Below, piece by piece: positions 1-10,764 of a stretch of 64,000 nucleotides of DNA. The notes under the pieces were generated by a model, which made no database searches, was not told where the DNA came from, and was given only the letters and a program-made list of their open reading frames with translations. Source of the stretch: Candidatus Limnocylindrales bacterium (GTDB taxonomy: Bacteria; Chloroflexota; Limnocylindria; Limnocylindrales; CSP1-4); the NCBI GenBank assembly GCA_046593725.1, contig JBKJQY010000021.1:12179-76178 (forward strand), given 5' to 3'. The stretch's first letter is position 1. Every line of letters starts with the position of its first letter. Made by a program: the position numbers and the translations under genes.

Positions 1-1152
1 CAGGTCGGCGTCGGTGACGTCCTTCTTGGCGTCGGCCAGGGCGATCGCCTGGCGATAGAGCGTGTCGAGCGCCTCGCCCTCGACCTCGTGGCCGAGCTCA
101 CGGAGCTTGCCCTGGAGTCCGCGCCGGCCCGACAGCTTGCCGATCGTCAGCTGGCTGCCGGTCAGCCCGACCGACTGCGGGGTCATGATCTCGTAGGTCA
201 GCGGGTGCTTGATCACGCCGTCCTGGTGGATCCCCGACTCGTGGGCGAACGCGTTGCCGCCGACGACCGCCTTGTTCGGCTGGACCGCGAACCCGGTCAG
301 GTAGCTGACCAGACGCGAGGCCGCGGTGATCTGCTCGGTCTGGACGCCACTGACCAGCTCCGGGAACTGGGTCGGCCGGGTCCGGAGCGACATCACGACC
401 TCTTCGAGCGAGGCGTTGCCGGCCCGCTCGCCGAGCCCGTTGATCGTGACCTCGACCTGGCGCGCCCCGGCCTGGACGGCGGCCAGCGTGTTCGCGGTGG
501 CCAGCCCGAGATCGTTGTGGCAGTGGACACTGACGGTCGCGTCGCGCCCGACGAGGTCGACCACGCGCTTCGTGAGCGCCGCGAACTCGGACGGGATCGC
601 ATAGCCGACGGTGTCGGGGATGTTCACGGTCGATGCCCCGGCCGCGACGACGGACTCGTACACCTGGAGGAGGAAGTCGGTGTCGGTTCGCGAGGCGTCC
701 TCGGCGCTGAACTCGATCTCGGCGTCGGAGCCGAGCGCCTCGCGGCCATAGCGGACCCAGCGGACGGCCTCGGCGAGGGCCTGCTCGCGCGAGATCTTCA
801 GCTTGTGCTTGAGGTGGATGTCGCTCGTCGCGATGAACACGTGGAGGTGCGGCCGCTCGGCGATCCGGATCGCCTCGACGGCCCGCTGCGGATCGCCGTC
901 GCGGCAACGGGCGAGGGCGGCGACCGCGATCCCGCCCTTTGTCTCCTGGGCGATCCGGCGGACCGCCTCGAAGTCGCCGGGCGAGGCGGCCGGGAAGCCG
1001 GCCTCGATGACGTCGACCTTGAGCCGGGCGAGCTGACGGGCGACCTCGAGCTTTTCCGCTGCGGTCAGCCCGGCGCCCGGCGCCTGCTCCCCGTCACGCA
1101 GGGTCGTGTCGAAGATCCGGACGCTGCCGGCCGCGACCGCCGAGCCGCTCAT
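1..1152 (-). CDS. leuA: 2-isopropylmalate synthase, 5' part (384 codons; 3' end lies beyond position 1)
   Basis: Not in ORF track (no stop inside window). Hand translation of minus strand from ATG 1152..1150: [69 protein letters not shown]...[22 protein letters not shown], typical LeuA N-terminus. ATGA overlap with ilvC stop. Confidence 0.9.
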   Translation of the reverse strand, partial: MSGSAVAAGSVRIFDTTLRDGEQAPGAGLTAAEKLEVARQLARLKVDVIEAGFPAASPGDFEAVRRIAQETKGGIAVAALARCRDGDPQRAVEAIRIAERPHLHVFIATSDIHLKHKLKISREQALAEAVRWVRYGREALGSDAEIEFSAEDASRTDTDFLLQVYESVVAAGASTVNIPDTVGYAIPSEFAALTKRVVDLVGRDATVSVHCHNDLGLATANTLAAVQAGARQVEVTINGLGERAGNASLEEVVMSLRTRPTQFPELVSGVQTEQITAASRLVSYLTGFAVQPNKAVVGGNAFAHESGIHQDGVIKHPLTYEIMTPQSVGLTGSQLTIGKLSGRRGLQGKLRELGHEVEGEALDTLYRQAIALADAKKDVTDADL

Positions 1153-2234
1153 CGGGGAGTGCCGGCCGTGGCCGGTGCGGGCGGCGCGGCGCCGGTCGCG
1201 CCCGAGCCGACCGACGACTGAGCCTCGCCCGCGGCCACGACGACCGGGTTGAGGAACGCCATCTGGGCCCGCAGGTCGCGCCCGACCTGCTCGATCTGGT
1301 GCTCCTTGTCCTCCTGGCGAAGGCGGGCGAACTCGGCCCCGCCGGACTCCTGCTCGGCGATCCAGCGGTTCGCGAACGAGCCACTCTGGATGTCGGACAG
1401 GACGTCTTTCATCGCGGTCTTCACGCCCTCGGTGACGCGCGGGCCCGAGACATAGTCGCCGTACTCGGCGGTGTCGCTGACGCTGAAGCGCATGAAGTTC
1501 AGGCCGCCGCGGTACATCAGGTCGACGATCAGCTTCAGCTCGTGCATCGTCTCGAAGTAGGCGAGCTCGGGCTGGTAGCCGGCTTCGACGAGCGTCTCGA
1601 AGGCTGCCTTGATCAGGGCCGACACGCCGCCGCACAGGAGCGCCTGCTCGCCGAACAGGTCGGTCTCGGTCTCCTCCTTGAACGTCGTCTCGAGGACCCC
1701 GGCCCGGGTCGAGCCGATCCCGCGGGCGTATGCCAGGACCCGGTCCCGGGCGGTGCCCGACGCGTCGTTCTCGACCGCGAACAGGGCAGGCACCCCGCCG
1801 CCCGCCTCGTAGACGGAGCGCAGGAGGTGGCCCGGGCCCTTCGGGGCGACCATCCCGACGTCGATGTGGCCGGGCGGCGTGATCCGACCGAATCGGATGT
1901 TGAACCCGTGGGCGAACATCAGGAGCTGGCCGGGCCGGAGGTACGGCTCGATCTCGGCGTCGTAAACCGACTTCTGGAGCGTGTCGGGGACCGCGATCAT
2001 GATCACGTCGGCCGACTTCACGGCGTCGGCGACGTCGGCGACCCGGAGCCCGGCCTCCTCGGCGAGGGCGCGACTCCTGGAGCCCGGCTTGAGCCCGACG
2101 ACGACGTCCACACCCGACTCGTGGAGGTTCCGGGCGTGGGCGTGGCCCTGCGACCCGTAGCCGATGATCGCAACCGTCTGCCCCGCGAGGGCCTCGGGCC
2201 GGGCATCGTTGTCGTAGTACATCTTCGCCGTCAT
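1149..2234 (-). CDS. ilvC: ketol-acid reductoisomerase
   Basis: 361-aa ORF; [15 protein letters not shown] Rossmann motif, class I KARI length, full-length resemblance (…[10 protein letters not shown]…[10 protein letters not shown]…). Confidence 0.95.
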   Translation of the reverse strand: MTAKMYYDNDARPEALAGQTVAIIGYGSQGHAHARNLHESGVDVVVGLKPGSRSRALAEEAGLRVADVADAVKSADVIMIAVPDTLQKSVYDAEIEPYLRPGQLLMFAHGFNIRFGRITPPGHIDVGMVAPKGPGHLLRSVYEAGGGVPALFAVENDASGTARDRVLAYARGIGSTRAGVLETTFKEETETDLFGEQALLCGGVSALIKAAFETLVEAGYQPELAYFETMHELKLIVDLMYRGGLNFMRFSVSDTAEYGDYVSGPRVTEGVKTAMKDVLSDIQSGSFANRWIAEQESGGAEFARLRQEDKEHQIEQVGRDLRAQMAFLNPVVVAAGEAQSSVGSGATGAAPPAPATAGTPR

Positions 2235-2824
2235 CGCTTGATTGCCTCCTCGATGGACGATGAGCCGCGCGACATGACGACGGCGCCCGTCCTGACGATT
2301 TCCTTGATCCCGTAGCCGCGGACGAGCGCGACGAAGCCGTCGATCTCAGCTTCCGGGCCTGTTACCTCCACGACCACCGACTCCCCGGCCAGGTCGACGA
2401 CCCGGCCCTTCGACAGCTCGACGAGCTTCAGGATCTCGCCCCGGTTCGAGTCGGTCGCCCGGATCTTCACGAGGGCCAGCTCCTGGGCGACGACGGCCTC
2501 CGCGGTCACGTCCTGGACCTTCAGGACGTCGATCAGGCGATAGAGCTGCTTGGCGGCCTGCTCGACCGCGACGTCGTCCCCGTGGAGGGTGATCGTCATC
2601 CGGCTGACGTCGGGCTGGTCGGTCCGGCTGACGGCCAGCGAGTCGATGTTGAAGTTGCGGGCCCGCATCAGCGACGACACCCGGTTCAGGACGCCGGGCT
2701 TGTCGAGGACGATCGCGATCAGGGTGTGGCGGCGGGTCTCGCCGCCGCCGGGCAGGGAGCGGGCCGGCGGGGGACCGGCAACATGTGCCGGCGCCGTGCC
2801 GTTCGAGCTCGAGTCCGTGCTCAC
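2231..2824 (-). CDS. ilvN: acetolactate synthase small (regulatory) subunit
   Basis: ORF 2231..2842; ACT-domain core [33 protein letters not shown]. Start placed at GTG 2824, which forms a GTGA overlap with the ilvB stop. ATGA overlap with ilvC start. Confidence 0.85.
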   Translation of the reverse strand: MSTDSSSNGTAPAHVAGPPPARSLPGGGETRRHTLIAIVLDKPGVLNRVSSLMRARNFNIDSLAVSRTDQPDVSRMTITLHGDDVAVEQAAKQLYRLIDVLKVQDVTAEAVVAQELALVKIRATDSNRGEILKLVELSKGRVVDLAGESVVVEVTGPEAEIDGFVALVRGYGIKEIVRTGAVVMSRGSSSIEEAIKR

Positions 2825-4656
2825 TCGTCCGCCCCTCCCCACTTCTCGATCAGGTCGGACAGACCCTTGCCGGCCGGCATCATCGGGAACACGTTCTGCT
2901 CCTCGGCTATCTCGAACCAGATGAGCGCCGGGCCGTCCACCGCCTGCGCTGCCTGGATGGCGGGGTCCACCTCCTCAGGAGTCCGCGCCCGGAACGCCGG
3001 GATCCCGAAGGCATCGGCGAGCTTGGCGAAGTCCGGTCCGGGCAGGCTGGACGAGTGGTAATTGCCGGCGTAGATGATCTCCTGCCACTGGCGGATCATG
3101 CCCAGCTTCTTGTTGTCCAAGAGGGCGATCTTCACCGGGATGTGGTCAGCCACGAGCGTCATGAGTTCCTGGAACGTCATCTGGAAGCCACCATCGCCGG
3201 TGATCGCCCAGGTCTCGCGATCCGGCCGACCCAGGGCCGCGCCCATCGCCGCCGGGAGGCTGAAGCCCATCGTGCCGAGGCCACCGGAACTGACGTGGCT
3301 GTTCGGCTGGCGGAAGCCCGTGTAGCGGGCCAGCCACATCTGGTTCTGGCCGACATCCGCGACATAGGTGCCGGCATGCCTGGACAGCTCGCCGATCCGC
3401 TCCACGACATAGTCCGCCGACAGCAGGCCGTCGCGCCACGCGCCTGAGCCGTGCCAGCTGGACGCGACGGAGTCCGTCTTCCACGCCGCGAGCTGTTCGA
3501 AGTAGTCGGCGCGGGTCGCCGGATCGACAGTCTCGACCATCGGGGTCAGGGCGCGCAGGACGCGGCCTGCGTCACCCACGATGGGCACCTCCACGGCGAC
3601 GTTCTTGCCGATCTCGGCCGGGTCGATGTCCACGTGGACGATCCGGGCGTACGGCGCATAGGTCCGGACGTTGCCGGTGACCCGGTCGTCGAAGCGCATG
3701 CCGAGGGCGATGAGCAGGTCCGCACTCTGGATAGCCCGGTTGACGTGTTTCCAGCCATGCATGCCCATATAGCCGTAGGCAAGCGGGTGGGTCTCGTCGA
3801 TGACGCCGATCCCCAGCAGCGTCCACGCGACCGGGATCTGGGTCTTCTCGGCGAACGCCAGCAGGTCGTCCCACGCCTCGGCGTGCAGGACACCATGACC
3901 GGCCAGGATGACCGGGCGCTTGGCGGCGGCGATCTCCGCGGCGGCCGTCTTGAGTTGCTTGGGGTGGCCGTCCAGGTTTGGCCGGAAGCCGGGCAGCCCG
4001 GCGATGACCTCCGCTTCGGTCGGGTGCTGCGCCCGCGTCTCCTGCTGGAGCGCGTCCTTGGTGATGTCCACGTGGACGGGGCCGGGCCGGCCTGACCGGG
4101 CGATGTGGAAAGCCTCGGCGATGACACGCGGGAGGTCGTCGGCGTCGCGCACGAGGTAGTTGTGCTTGGTCATGGGCAACGTGATGCCGTTGATGTCGAT
4201 CTCCTGGAAGGCGTCCTTGCCCAGCAGGGCGGCGGGCACGTTGCCGGTGATCGCGACCATCGGAACGGAGTCCAGCAGCGCGGTGCCGATGCCGGTGACG
4301 AGGTTCGTGGCGCCCGGACCGGACGTGCCCATGCACACCCCCACCCGACCGGTGACGCGGGCGTAGCCGTCGGCGGCATGGGCGCCACCCTGCTCATGGC
4401 GGACCAGGACGTGACGCAGTTCGGGATAGTCGCCAAGGACGTCGTACAGCGGCAGGATCACGCCGCCGGGGTAGCTGAAGATGACGTCGACGCCCTGGCG
4501 CAGCAGCGCCTCGCACAGGACGTCGGCCCCGATGCGGGTGCGCTTGAGGTCACGCGCCTCGTGGAGCATGCCCTTCCGGGCGCGCTCGACGGCGGCCGCC
4601 TCGGGCGTCCCGTCGTTCGGCACGTGACTGCGTCGCGCCGGTTTCGTCATCGTCAT
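2821..4656 (-). CDS. ilvB: acetolactate synthase large subunit (ThDP-dependent)
   Basis: 611-aa ORF; GADVLCEALLRQGVDVIFSYPGG N-terminus and ThDP motif GGLGTMGFSLPAAMGA…ITGDGGFQM. Confidence 0.95.
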   Translation of the reverse strand: MTMTKPARRSHVPNDGTPEAAAVERARKGMLHEARDLKRTRIGADVLCEALLRQGVDVIFSYPGGVILPLYDVLGDYPELRHVLVRHEQGGAHAADGYARVTGRVGVCMGTSGPGATNLVTGIGTALLDSVPMVAITGNVPAALLGKDAFQEIDINGITLPMTKHNYLVRDADDLPRVIAEAFHIARSGRPGPVHVDITKDALQQETRAQHPTEAEVIAGLPGFRPNLDGHPKQLKTAAAEIAAAKRPVILAGHGVLHAEAWDDLLAFAEKTQIPVAWTLLGIGVIDETHPLAYGYMGMHGWKHVNRAIQSADLLIALGMRFDDRVTGNVRTYAPYARIVHVDIDPAEIGKNVAVEVPIVGDAGRVLRALTPMVETVDPATRADYFEQLAAWKTDSVASSWHGSGAWRDGLLSADYVVERIGELSRHAGTYVADVGQNQMWLARYTGFRQPNSHVSSGGLGTMGFSLPAAMGAALGRPDRETWAITGDGGFQMTFQELMTLVADHIPVKIALLDNKKLGMIRQWQEIIYAGNYHSSSLPGPDFAKLADAFGIPAFRARTPEEVDPAIQAAQAVDGPALIWFEIAEEQNVFPMMPAGKGLSDLIEKWGGADE

Positions 4657-4710
4657 CAGTGTGGAGCCTCCAGAGCGTCCGGTGGTCGTCGTGTCGTGGT
4701 CCCGGAAATC

Positions 4711-4738
4711 AAAAGACCCCCGCCTCCCGGCGAGGGTC
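4711..4738 (-). terminator. intrinsic terminator / attenuator in the ilvB leader
   Basis: Minus-strand RNA GACCCUCGCC-GGGA-GGCGGGGGUC-UUUU: 10-bp stem (one G.U, which would be a C.A mismatch on the plus strand), 4-nt loop, U4 tail. Ends 55 nt before the ilvB ATG. Confidence 0.6.
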
Positions 4739-4767
4739 CCTTCGGTCTTCGGTGGTTCGGTGTGCGC

Positions 4768-4977
4768 CTAGCGCCCGTTCCTCCGCGTTCCTCCGTTCTC
4801 CCGCCGGGAGCCGGTAATGAGGCCAATAAGGCCATCAAGCCCCGGAAGCGAGCGAAGCAGTTCGAGGAGGGGTACGTCGGCGAAGCCGGCCGGTTCGATC
4901 GGCATGTGGACGTGTCGTCCGTCCGTCGTGATCACGACGGCGACCCGGCGACGATCCTGTCGATCGAAACGACCCAA
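4768..4977 (-). CDS. candidate ilvB leader ORF (69 codons, Val/Ile/Leu-rich)
   Basis: TTG 4977 preceded by GGAGA with a 5-nt spacer. Reads LGRFDRQDRRRVAVVITTDGRHVHMPIEPAGFADVPLLELLRSLPGLDGLIGLITGSRRENGGTRRNGR*. TAG lies 30 nt before the terminator stem. Length is atypical for a leader peptide. Confidence 0.25.
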   Translation of the reverse strand: MGRFDRQDRRRVAVVITTDGRHVHMPIEPAGFADVPLLELLRSLPGLDGLIGLITGSRRENGGTRRNGR

Positions 4978-5069
4978 TGTGGTCTCCACTGACGGGGCAT
5001 CTCCCGACGAGGTCGGGCGACGTGCGCGCAGTCTACGGGCAGGAAGGATGATGCGCAACCCCGGCCCGC

Positions 5070-6614
5070 TCACGCGGGCACGGCCCGGAGACGCTCGACG
5101 AGCCAGTCGCCGCCGCCCCGCGACAGCGCGTCGAGGTCGATGGCATCGGCGGTGGGTGCATCGGCCGGGCGACCCAGGAGGTACCCCTGGCCGGCGGCGA
5201 TGCCGAGCGACCGAACGAGGTCCAGCTGGACGGGCGTCTCGATGCCTTCGGCGATGACCAGCGCGCCCCACCGATCGGCCAGGTCGCGCAGGGTTCGGAC
5301 GACCTCCAGCGACGTCTGACGGACGGCGCCGCCCTGGACGAGCGACAGGTCGATCTTGACGATGTCGAAACGCATCTGGCTCAGGAGTCGCAGTCCGGCG
5401 TTGCCGGCCCCGACATCGTCGGCGGCGATGCGGATCCCGGCCGCACGGCACGCCTCGACAGCGCGCCGCAGTCGCTCCAGATCCTCGACGCTCTCACGTT
5501 CGGTCAGCTCGAGGACGACGGTCGCGGGATCCACGCCGTTGCGCTGGAGCATGCGCAGGAGCGCGGGGACGCTGAACTCGTCGGACTCGAGGGTCCGCGG
5601 CGACAGGTTGACGGTGAGCGACCCCGGCAGGCCCAGCGTCGCGAACGACGACAGGACGGTGGCGAGACAGGCGAGGTCCAGTTCGACGGTCCGACCGGCC
5701 TTCTCGGCCGCGGCGAACAGCTCGCCCGGATCGGCGAACCCGGTCCCGGGCAACGGCCGCGTCAGACCCTCGAAGCCGTGGACCGCGCCGGACTTCATGT
5801 CGTAGATCGGCTGGAAGACCGCGCGCAGGGCGCCTGTGGCCGCGATCTGGCCGATGGCTGCGGCGAGCTCGGCCGGCGGGCGGGTGGAGGCGCTATCGTG
5901 CTTGGCTGGATCGAACTGTGACACGCACGTCCGGCCGTGGCGCTTGCCCCAATACAGGGCAGCGTCCGCCTGGCGATACATGGACTCACGGTCCACGGCA
6001 GGGCCTGGCAGCGCGCTGACGCCGGCGGTGAACGAGATCGACGGCTTGATCTCGTAGCCGGTGGAACTCTCGAGGGAAGCCGCGAGGAGACGACGGATCG
6101 TGATGTAGGCGCCGTCCACGTCGGACTGGGGCAGGATGATCGCGAACTCGTCGCCGCCTACGCGGAACGCCCGGTCGGTGCGGCGCAATTGGCCGTTCAC
6201 CGTTCGGGCGAACAGGTTCAGACAACGGTCGCCGGCCGCGTGGCCACCGACGTCGTTGACCTGCTTGAAGTCGTCCAGGTCGATCATGGCGAGCGCCAGT
6301 GGCGTCCCATACCGCCGGGCGAGCAGCCACTGGCGCTCGAATTCCTCCTGGAAGGAACGGTGGTTCCCAAGCCCGGTCAGAGCATCGCGCAGGGACTCGG
6401 CTCGGGCACGGTCGTAGGCGTCCTCGAGGATCACTCGTGAGCGCTCGAGCTGCTCAGCGGGTTCGAGGATCCTGCGCGCGAGGTAGACCACCAGGCTGCC
6501 CAGGGCCATCGCCAGCGCGATGATGGCGAGGGCCGGGGCCAGGAGCGATCCGCCGGGCCGCCACACCAGTCCGAAGACGACCGGGGCCGCGATGGCAAGG
6601 GGGATCGCGAACAT
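5070..6614 (-). CDS. membrane-anchored GGDEF-EAL protein (diguanylate cyclase / c-di-GMP phosphodiesterase)
   Basis: ORF 5070..6893. Two N-terminal hydrophobic helices, RVGGDEFAIILPQ (GGDEF), then an EAL domain (FQPIYD…, LELTERES, DDVGAGNAGL, EGIET). Start uncertain: first ATG after the Arg-rich 5' extension is 6614; maximal ORF reaches 6893. Confidence 0.85.
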   Translation of the reverse strand: MFAIPLAIAAPVVFGLVWRPGGSLLAPALAIIALAMALGSLVVYLARRILEPAEQLERSRVILEDAYDRARAESLRDALTGLGNHRSFQEEFERQWLLARRYGTPLALAMIDLDDFKQVNDVGGHAAGDRCLNLFARTVNGQLRRTDRAFRVGGDEFAIILPQSDVDGAYITIRRLLAASLESSTGYEIKPSISFTAGVSALPGPAVDRESMYRQADAALYWGKRHGRTCVSQFDPAKHDSASTRPPAELAAAIGQIAATGALRAVFQPIYDMKSGAVHGFEGLTRPLPGTGFADPGELFAAAEKAGRTVELDLACLATVLSSFATLGLPGSLTVNLSPRTLESDEFSVPALLRMLQRNGVDPATVVLELTERESVEDLERLRRAVEACRAAGIRIAADDVGAGNAGLRLLSQMRFDIVKIDLSLVQGGAVRQTSLEVVRTLRDLADRWGALVIAEGIETPVQLDLVRSLGIAAGQGYLLGRPADAPTADAIDLDALSRGGGDWLVERLRAVPA

Positions 6615-6864
6615 CGTGACGAGTGCCAGCCACAGCCTGAACCGGACCAGCCCGAGACTGCTCGAGCTGGAGAGGAGCGATTCCTGACCAGACTGTTCGT
6701 CGTGGATGGGCGTGACTCCTGGGCGGTTGGGGGCGTTCTGTTCCCGTTTATACCTGTCTCGATCGCCGTTCGGACGGGAACGGTCGTACTGTCGCCGCCA
6801 GGACCAACGGGCACGGCAAGAGGCTCGAAACCGGCAGTCGCCGGGCCTCTGGTACGCTCCGGTC

Positions 6865-8304
<1,440 letters not shown>

Positions 8305-8306
8305 CT

Positions 8307-8930
8307 ATGGCCGAGCCGTTCCGGATGTTCACCAGCAAGGCCATCCCGCTCCCGGCGGAGAACGTCGACACGGACCAGATCGTCCCGGCCCGATACCTCA
8401 AGGTCACCGACAAGGACGGCCTCGCCGAGGCCCTGTTCCGCGACTGGCGATTCGAGGAAGACGGCTCGCTGAAGGAGCCGCGATTCGTGCTGGACCAGCC
8501 CGAGATGGCCGGCCGCAGGATCCTGCTCGTCGGCGACAACTTCGGGGCCGGGTCGTCGCGCGAGCACGCGCCCTGGGCGCTCACCGCGTGGGGGATCCGG
8601 GCCATCTTCTCGACCTCATATGCAGATATCTTCCGCAGCAACAGTCTCAAGAACAGCGTCCTGCCGATCGTCGTGGACCCGGCGACGCACGCGCGCCTGT
8701 TCGAGCTGCTGGCCGCGGATCCCGACGCAGAGTTCACGATCGACCTCGCCGAACAGGGCGTCCTGCTGCCGGACGGCAGCACACTGGACTTCGACATCGA
8801 CCCGTTCTCGAAGCGGATGATCCTTGCCGGGACCGACGAGATCGGCTACCTGCTCTCCAAGGATCCGGACATCGACGCCTGGGAAGCCCGCCACCCAGCA
8901 CGTATCGACTCGCGAGTCGGCGTGGCCTGA
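8307..8930 (+). CDS. leuD: 3-isopropylmalate dehydratase small subunit
   Basis: MAEPFRMFTSKAIPLPAENVDTDQIVPARYLK…GDNFGAGSSREHAPWAL; ATG 2 nt after the leuC stop. Confidence 0.95.
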   Translation: MAEPFRMFTSKAIPLPAENVDTDQIVPARYLKVTDKDGLAEALFRDWRFEEDGSLKEPRFVLDQPEMAGRRILLVGDNFGAGSSREHAPWALTAWGIRAIFSTSYADIFRSNSLKNSVLPIVVDPATHARLFELLAADPDAEFTIDLAEQGVLLPDGSTLDFDIDPFSKRMILAGTDEIGYLLSKDPDIDAWEARHPARIDSRVGVA

Positions 8931-8935
8931 CACGC

Positions 8936-9127
8936 ATGCAGGGCTCGCACCAGCGCAGCTTGTGGGGCATCAACCTCTATCCGGCGGCGTTCGGCACTCC
9001 GAGATACATCGAGTTCGACGCGGTGATCAATATCCGCCCAAGCCAGGGGAATCGGACGCGCTCCGTCGATGACGCGGCAGCGCGCACATCCATCGCCTCG
9101 ACGGTAGAGCGGCTCGTGACGCGGTGA
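8936..9127 (+). CDS. hypothetical small protein (63 aa)
   Basis: In-frame tail of ORF 8240..9127 starting at ATG 8936: MQGSHQRSLWGINLYPAAFGTPRYIEFDAVINIRPSQGNRTRSVDDAAARTSIASTVERLVTR. By my count about 54 of 63 codons end in G/C, which is coding-like for this genome. GTGA overlap with the next ORF. Confidence 0.4.
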   Translation: MQGSHQRSLWGINLYPAAFGTPRYIEFDAVINIRPSQGNRTRSVDDAAARTSIASTVERLVTR

Positions 9128-9456
9128 CGGTGCACACAGGTCTGGCGAGCGGGCGATGGTGGACATTGACACTCGCCGAACAACTCGGCAATGCCGGGGC
9201 GGATGTCGGCCGAGCGCTCCGCGCTCAGCGAGATGGCGATCAGGAGCGCTTCGTCGCCGCGCTCGATCGCGCGCTCGAGCTGCCTGACCTGACCATGGCG
9301 GACTCTCGATGGAATGAGCGTCGACGGCGAGAGATCGCGCGTACTCGCAAGGCTGTGTGCGACTTTCTCGTCGGGGACAACGAGTACGGGCCCACTCCCG
9401 AGACGATCGACGGCTACTTCCTCGCGTACGCCATCATGGCTCGGCGCGACAGGTAG
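9124..9456 (+). CDS. hypothetical protein (110 aa), helical
   Basis: ORF 9124..9456. Non-repetitive composition (…WWTLTLAEQLGNAGADVGRALRAQRDGDQERFVAALDRALELPDLTMAD…). Family not recognised. Confidence 0.45.
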   Translation: MTVHTGLASGRWWTLTLAEQLGNAGADVGRALRAQRDGDQERFVAALDRALELPDLTMADSRWNERRRREIARTRKAVCDFLVGDNEYGPTPETIDGYFLAYAIMARRDR

Positions 9457-9536
9457 AAAGGTCGGGCCGTGCCGGGCGACAGGCACGCCATGTCGCCCTT
9501 GCAGCCATCTCTCCGGACCTGTGGGACCATCGAGCC

Positions 9537-10721
9537 GTGAACCTCCTCGACCTGGCCGCCATCGCCCTCGTCGTGGTCGCGGCCATCCTGGGGTTCCGAT
9601 CCGGGGCGCTGCCGCAGATCGGCGGCCTCATCGGCGCGCTGCTCGGCGGCATCGTCGCCGTGCTGTCGCTCCCCTGGTTCGCCGACTGGTTGCGCGACGT
9701 GGATGCATCCCTGCGACCGATCCTTGTGCTGGGAGGGCTGCTCCTGGCGGTCGCACTGGGCGAGTCGCTTGGTTCGGCCGCCGGTCGCGCCATCGCCCGG
9801 GCGCTCGGCACTGGCGTCCTGAGCGCCGCGGACCGGGTCGGCGGCTCCATCGTAGGAGTGGCCCAGGCATTCCTGATCATCTGGCTCATGGGCAGCCTCC
9901 TCGCGCTCGGCCCGCTGCCACGCCTCTCGGAGATCGCCCAGGGCTCGACGGCGATCCAGACCCTGTCCGCGGTCCTCCCGCCGGTCGGTGAAGTCGCCGG
10001 CGAGCTCGGCGGCCTGTTGAGTGCCTCGGGGCTGCCGGACGTCTTCGTGGGCTTCGAACCCCTTCCGGCCCCGGAGGTCCAGCGGCCGGACGACCCGAAG
10101 GCACGCGCGATCGCCGCCGCCGCCGAAGTGAGCACCGTCAAGGTCAGCGCCGGGACCTGCGACGTGGGCTCCGTCGGGTCAGGCTTCGTCGTTGCCGATG
10201 GATACGTCGTGACCAATGCGCATGTCATCGCGGGAGCGGACGAGGATGGGATCAGGGTCGCCGACGCGGACGGCAAGACGTGGGACGCGGTCCCGGTCCT
10301 GTTCGACCCGAACCTGGACGTGTCGCTCCTGCGGGTCATCGGGCTGGACCTGCCCGCTCTCCGGTTCGCGACCACGGACCCGGGCCGCGGCGCCATCGCG
10401 GCGACGCTCGGCTATCCCGGCGGCGGACCACTCACCGTCCTGCCGGCAGCGGTGACCGGCCGCTACCCGGCGACCGGCCTGGACATCTACGACAAGACGC
10501 GGGTCAGGCGCGACATCCTTGAGCTGCGCGCCGCCATCGAACGTGGCGACAGCGGCGGTCCGATGATCCTGGAGGACGGCACGGTGGGCGGCGTCGTCTT
10601 CGCCGAATCGCGCACCAACGACGACGTCGGGTACGCGCTGTCGCCAACGGCCGTCGCCGTGGCGCTCGCCCCAGGGTTCGGCCGGACGAGCCCGGCGGCC
10701 ACGGGTGCCTGCCTGCGCTGA
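9537..10721 (+). CDS. CvpA-family membrane domain fused to trypsin-like serine protease (MarP-like)
   Basis: ORF 9357..10721. Start at GTG 9537 ([23 protein letters not shown]…). Four hydrophobic helices, then an S1 triad context: VTNAHV, DVSLLRV, GDSGGP. Confidence 0.8.
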   Translation: MNLLDLAAIALVVVAAILGFRSGALPQIGGLIGALLGGIVAVLSLPWFADWLRDVDASLRPILVLGGLLLAVALGESLGSAAGRAIARALGTGVLSAADRVGGSIVGVAQAFLIIWLMGSLLALGPLPRLSEIAQGSTAIQTLSAVLPPVGEVAGELGGLLSASGLPDVFVGFEPLPAPEVQRPDDPKARAIAAAAEVSTVKVSAGTCDVGSVGSGFVVADGYVVTNAHVIAGADEDGIRVADADGKTWDAVPVLFDPNLDVSLLRVIGLDLPALRFATTDPGRGAIAATLGYPGGGPLTVLPAAVTGRYPATGLDIYDKTRVRRDILELRAAIERGDSGGPMILEDGTVGGVVFAESRTNDDVGYALSPTAVAVALAPGFGRTSPAATGACLR

Positions 10722-10764
10722 CCGTTGGGTCCTACACTTGACCGCGCCGACAGCCCGCTCAGGA

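Noticed and set aside
88-1221. 377-aa plus-strand ORF (and the 98..907 minus ORF) covering the left end of the window.
   Set aside because: The composition is Arg/Gly/Asp/Leu-rich 'shadow' sequence. A different minus frame, open to the window edge, translates to an unmistakable LeuA N-terminus.
5003-5017. Hairpin CCCGAC-CUC-GUCGGG after the GGDEF-EAL stop, considered as its terminator.
   Set aside because: It has only 6 bp with a 3-nt loop and no U-tract, which is too weak to call.
6819-6850. Nested hairpin AGAGGC-UCGAAA-CCGGC-AGUC-GCCGG-GCCUCU, 14 nt before the leuC ATG. Considered as a leucine attenuator.
   Set aside because: There is no U-tract and I found no Leu-rich leader ORF. A role in occluding translation initiation cannot be judged from sequence alone.
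6706-6864. 53-codon N-terminal extension of leuC, and the 6615..6893 extension of the GGDEF-EAL ORF. The two ATGs share a TCATGA at 6864..6867.
   Set aside because: Both extensions are Arg-rich and unlike the conserved N-termini. The LeuC consensus begins at [12 protein letters not shown]. The true GGDEF-EAL start remains uncertain: no canonical codon lies between 6614 and 6866.
8977-9486. 169-aa minus-strand ORF opposite the small-gene pair.
   Set aside because: The plus-strand frames have the G/C-ending codon bias typical of genes here, plus start/stop coupling. The minus ORF has shadow-like composition.
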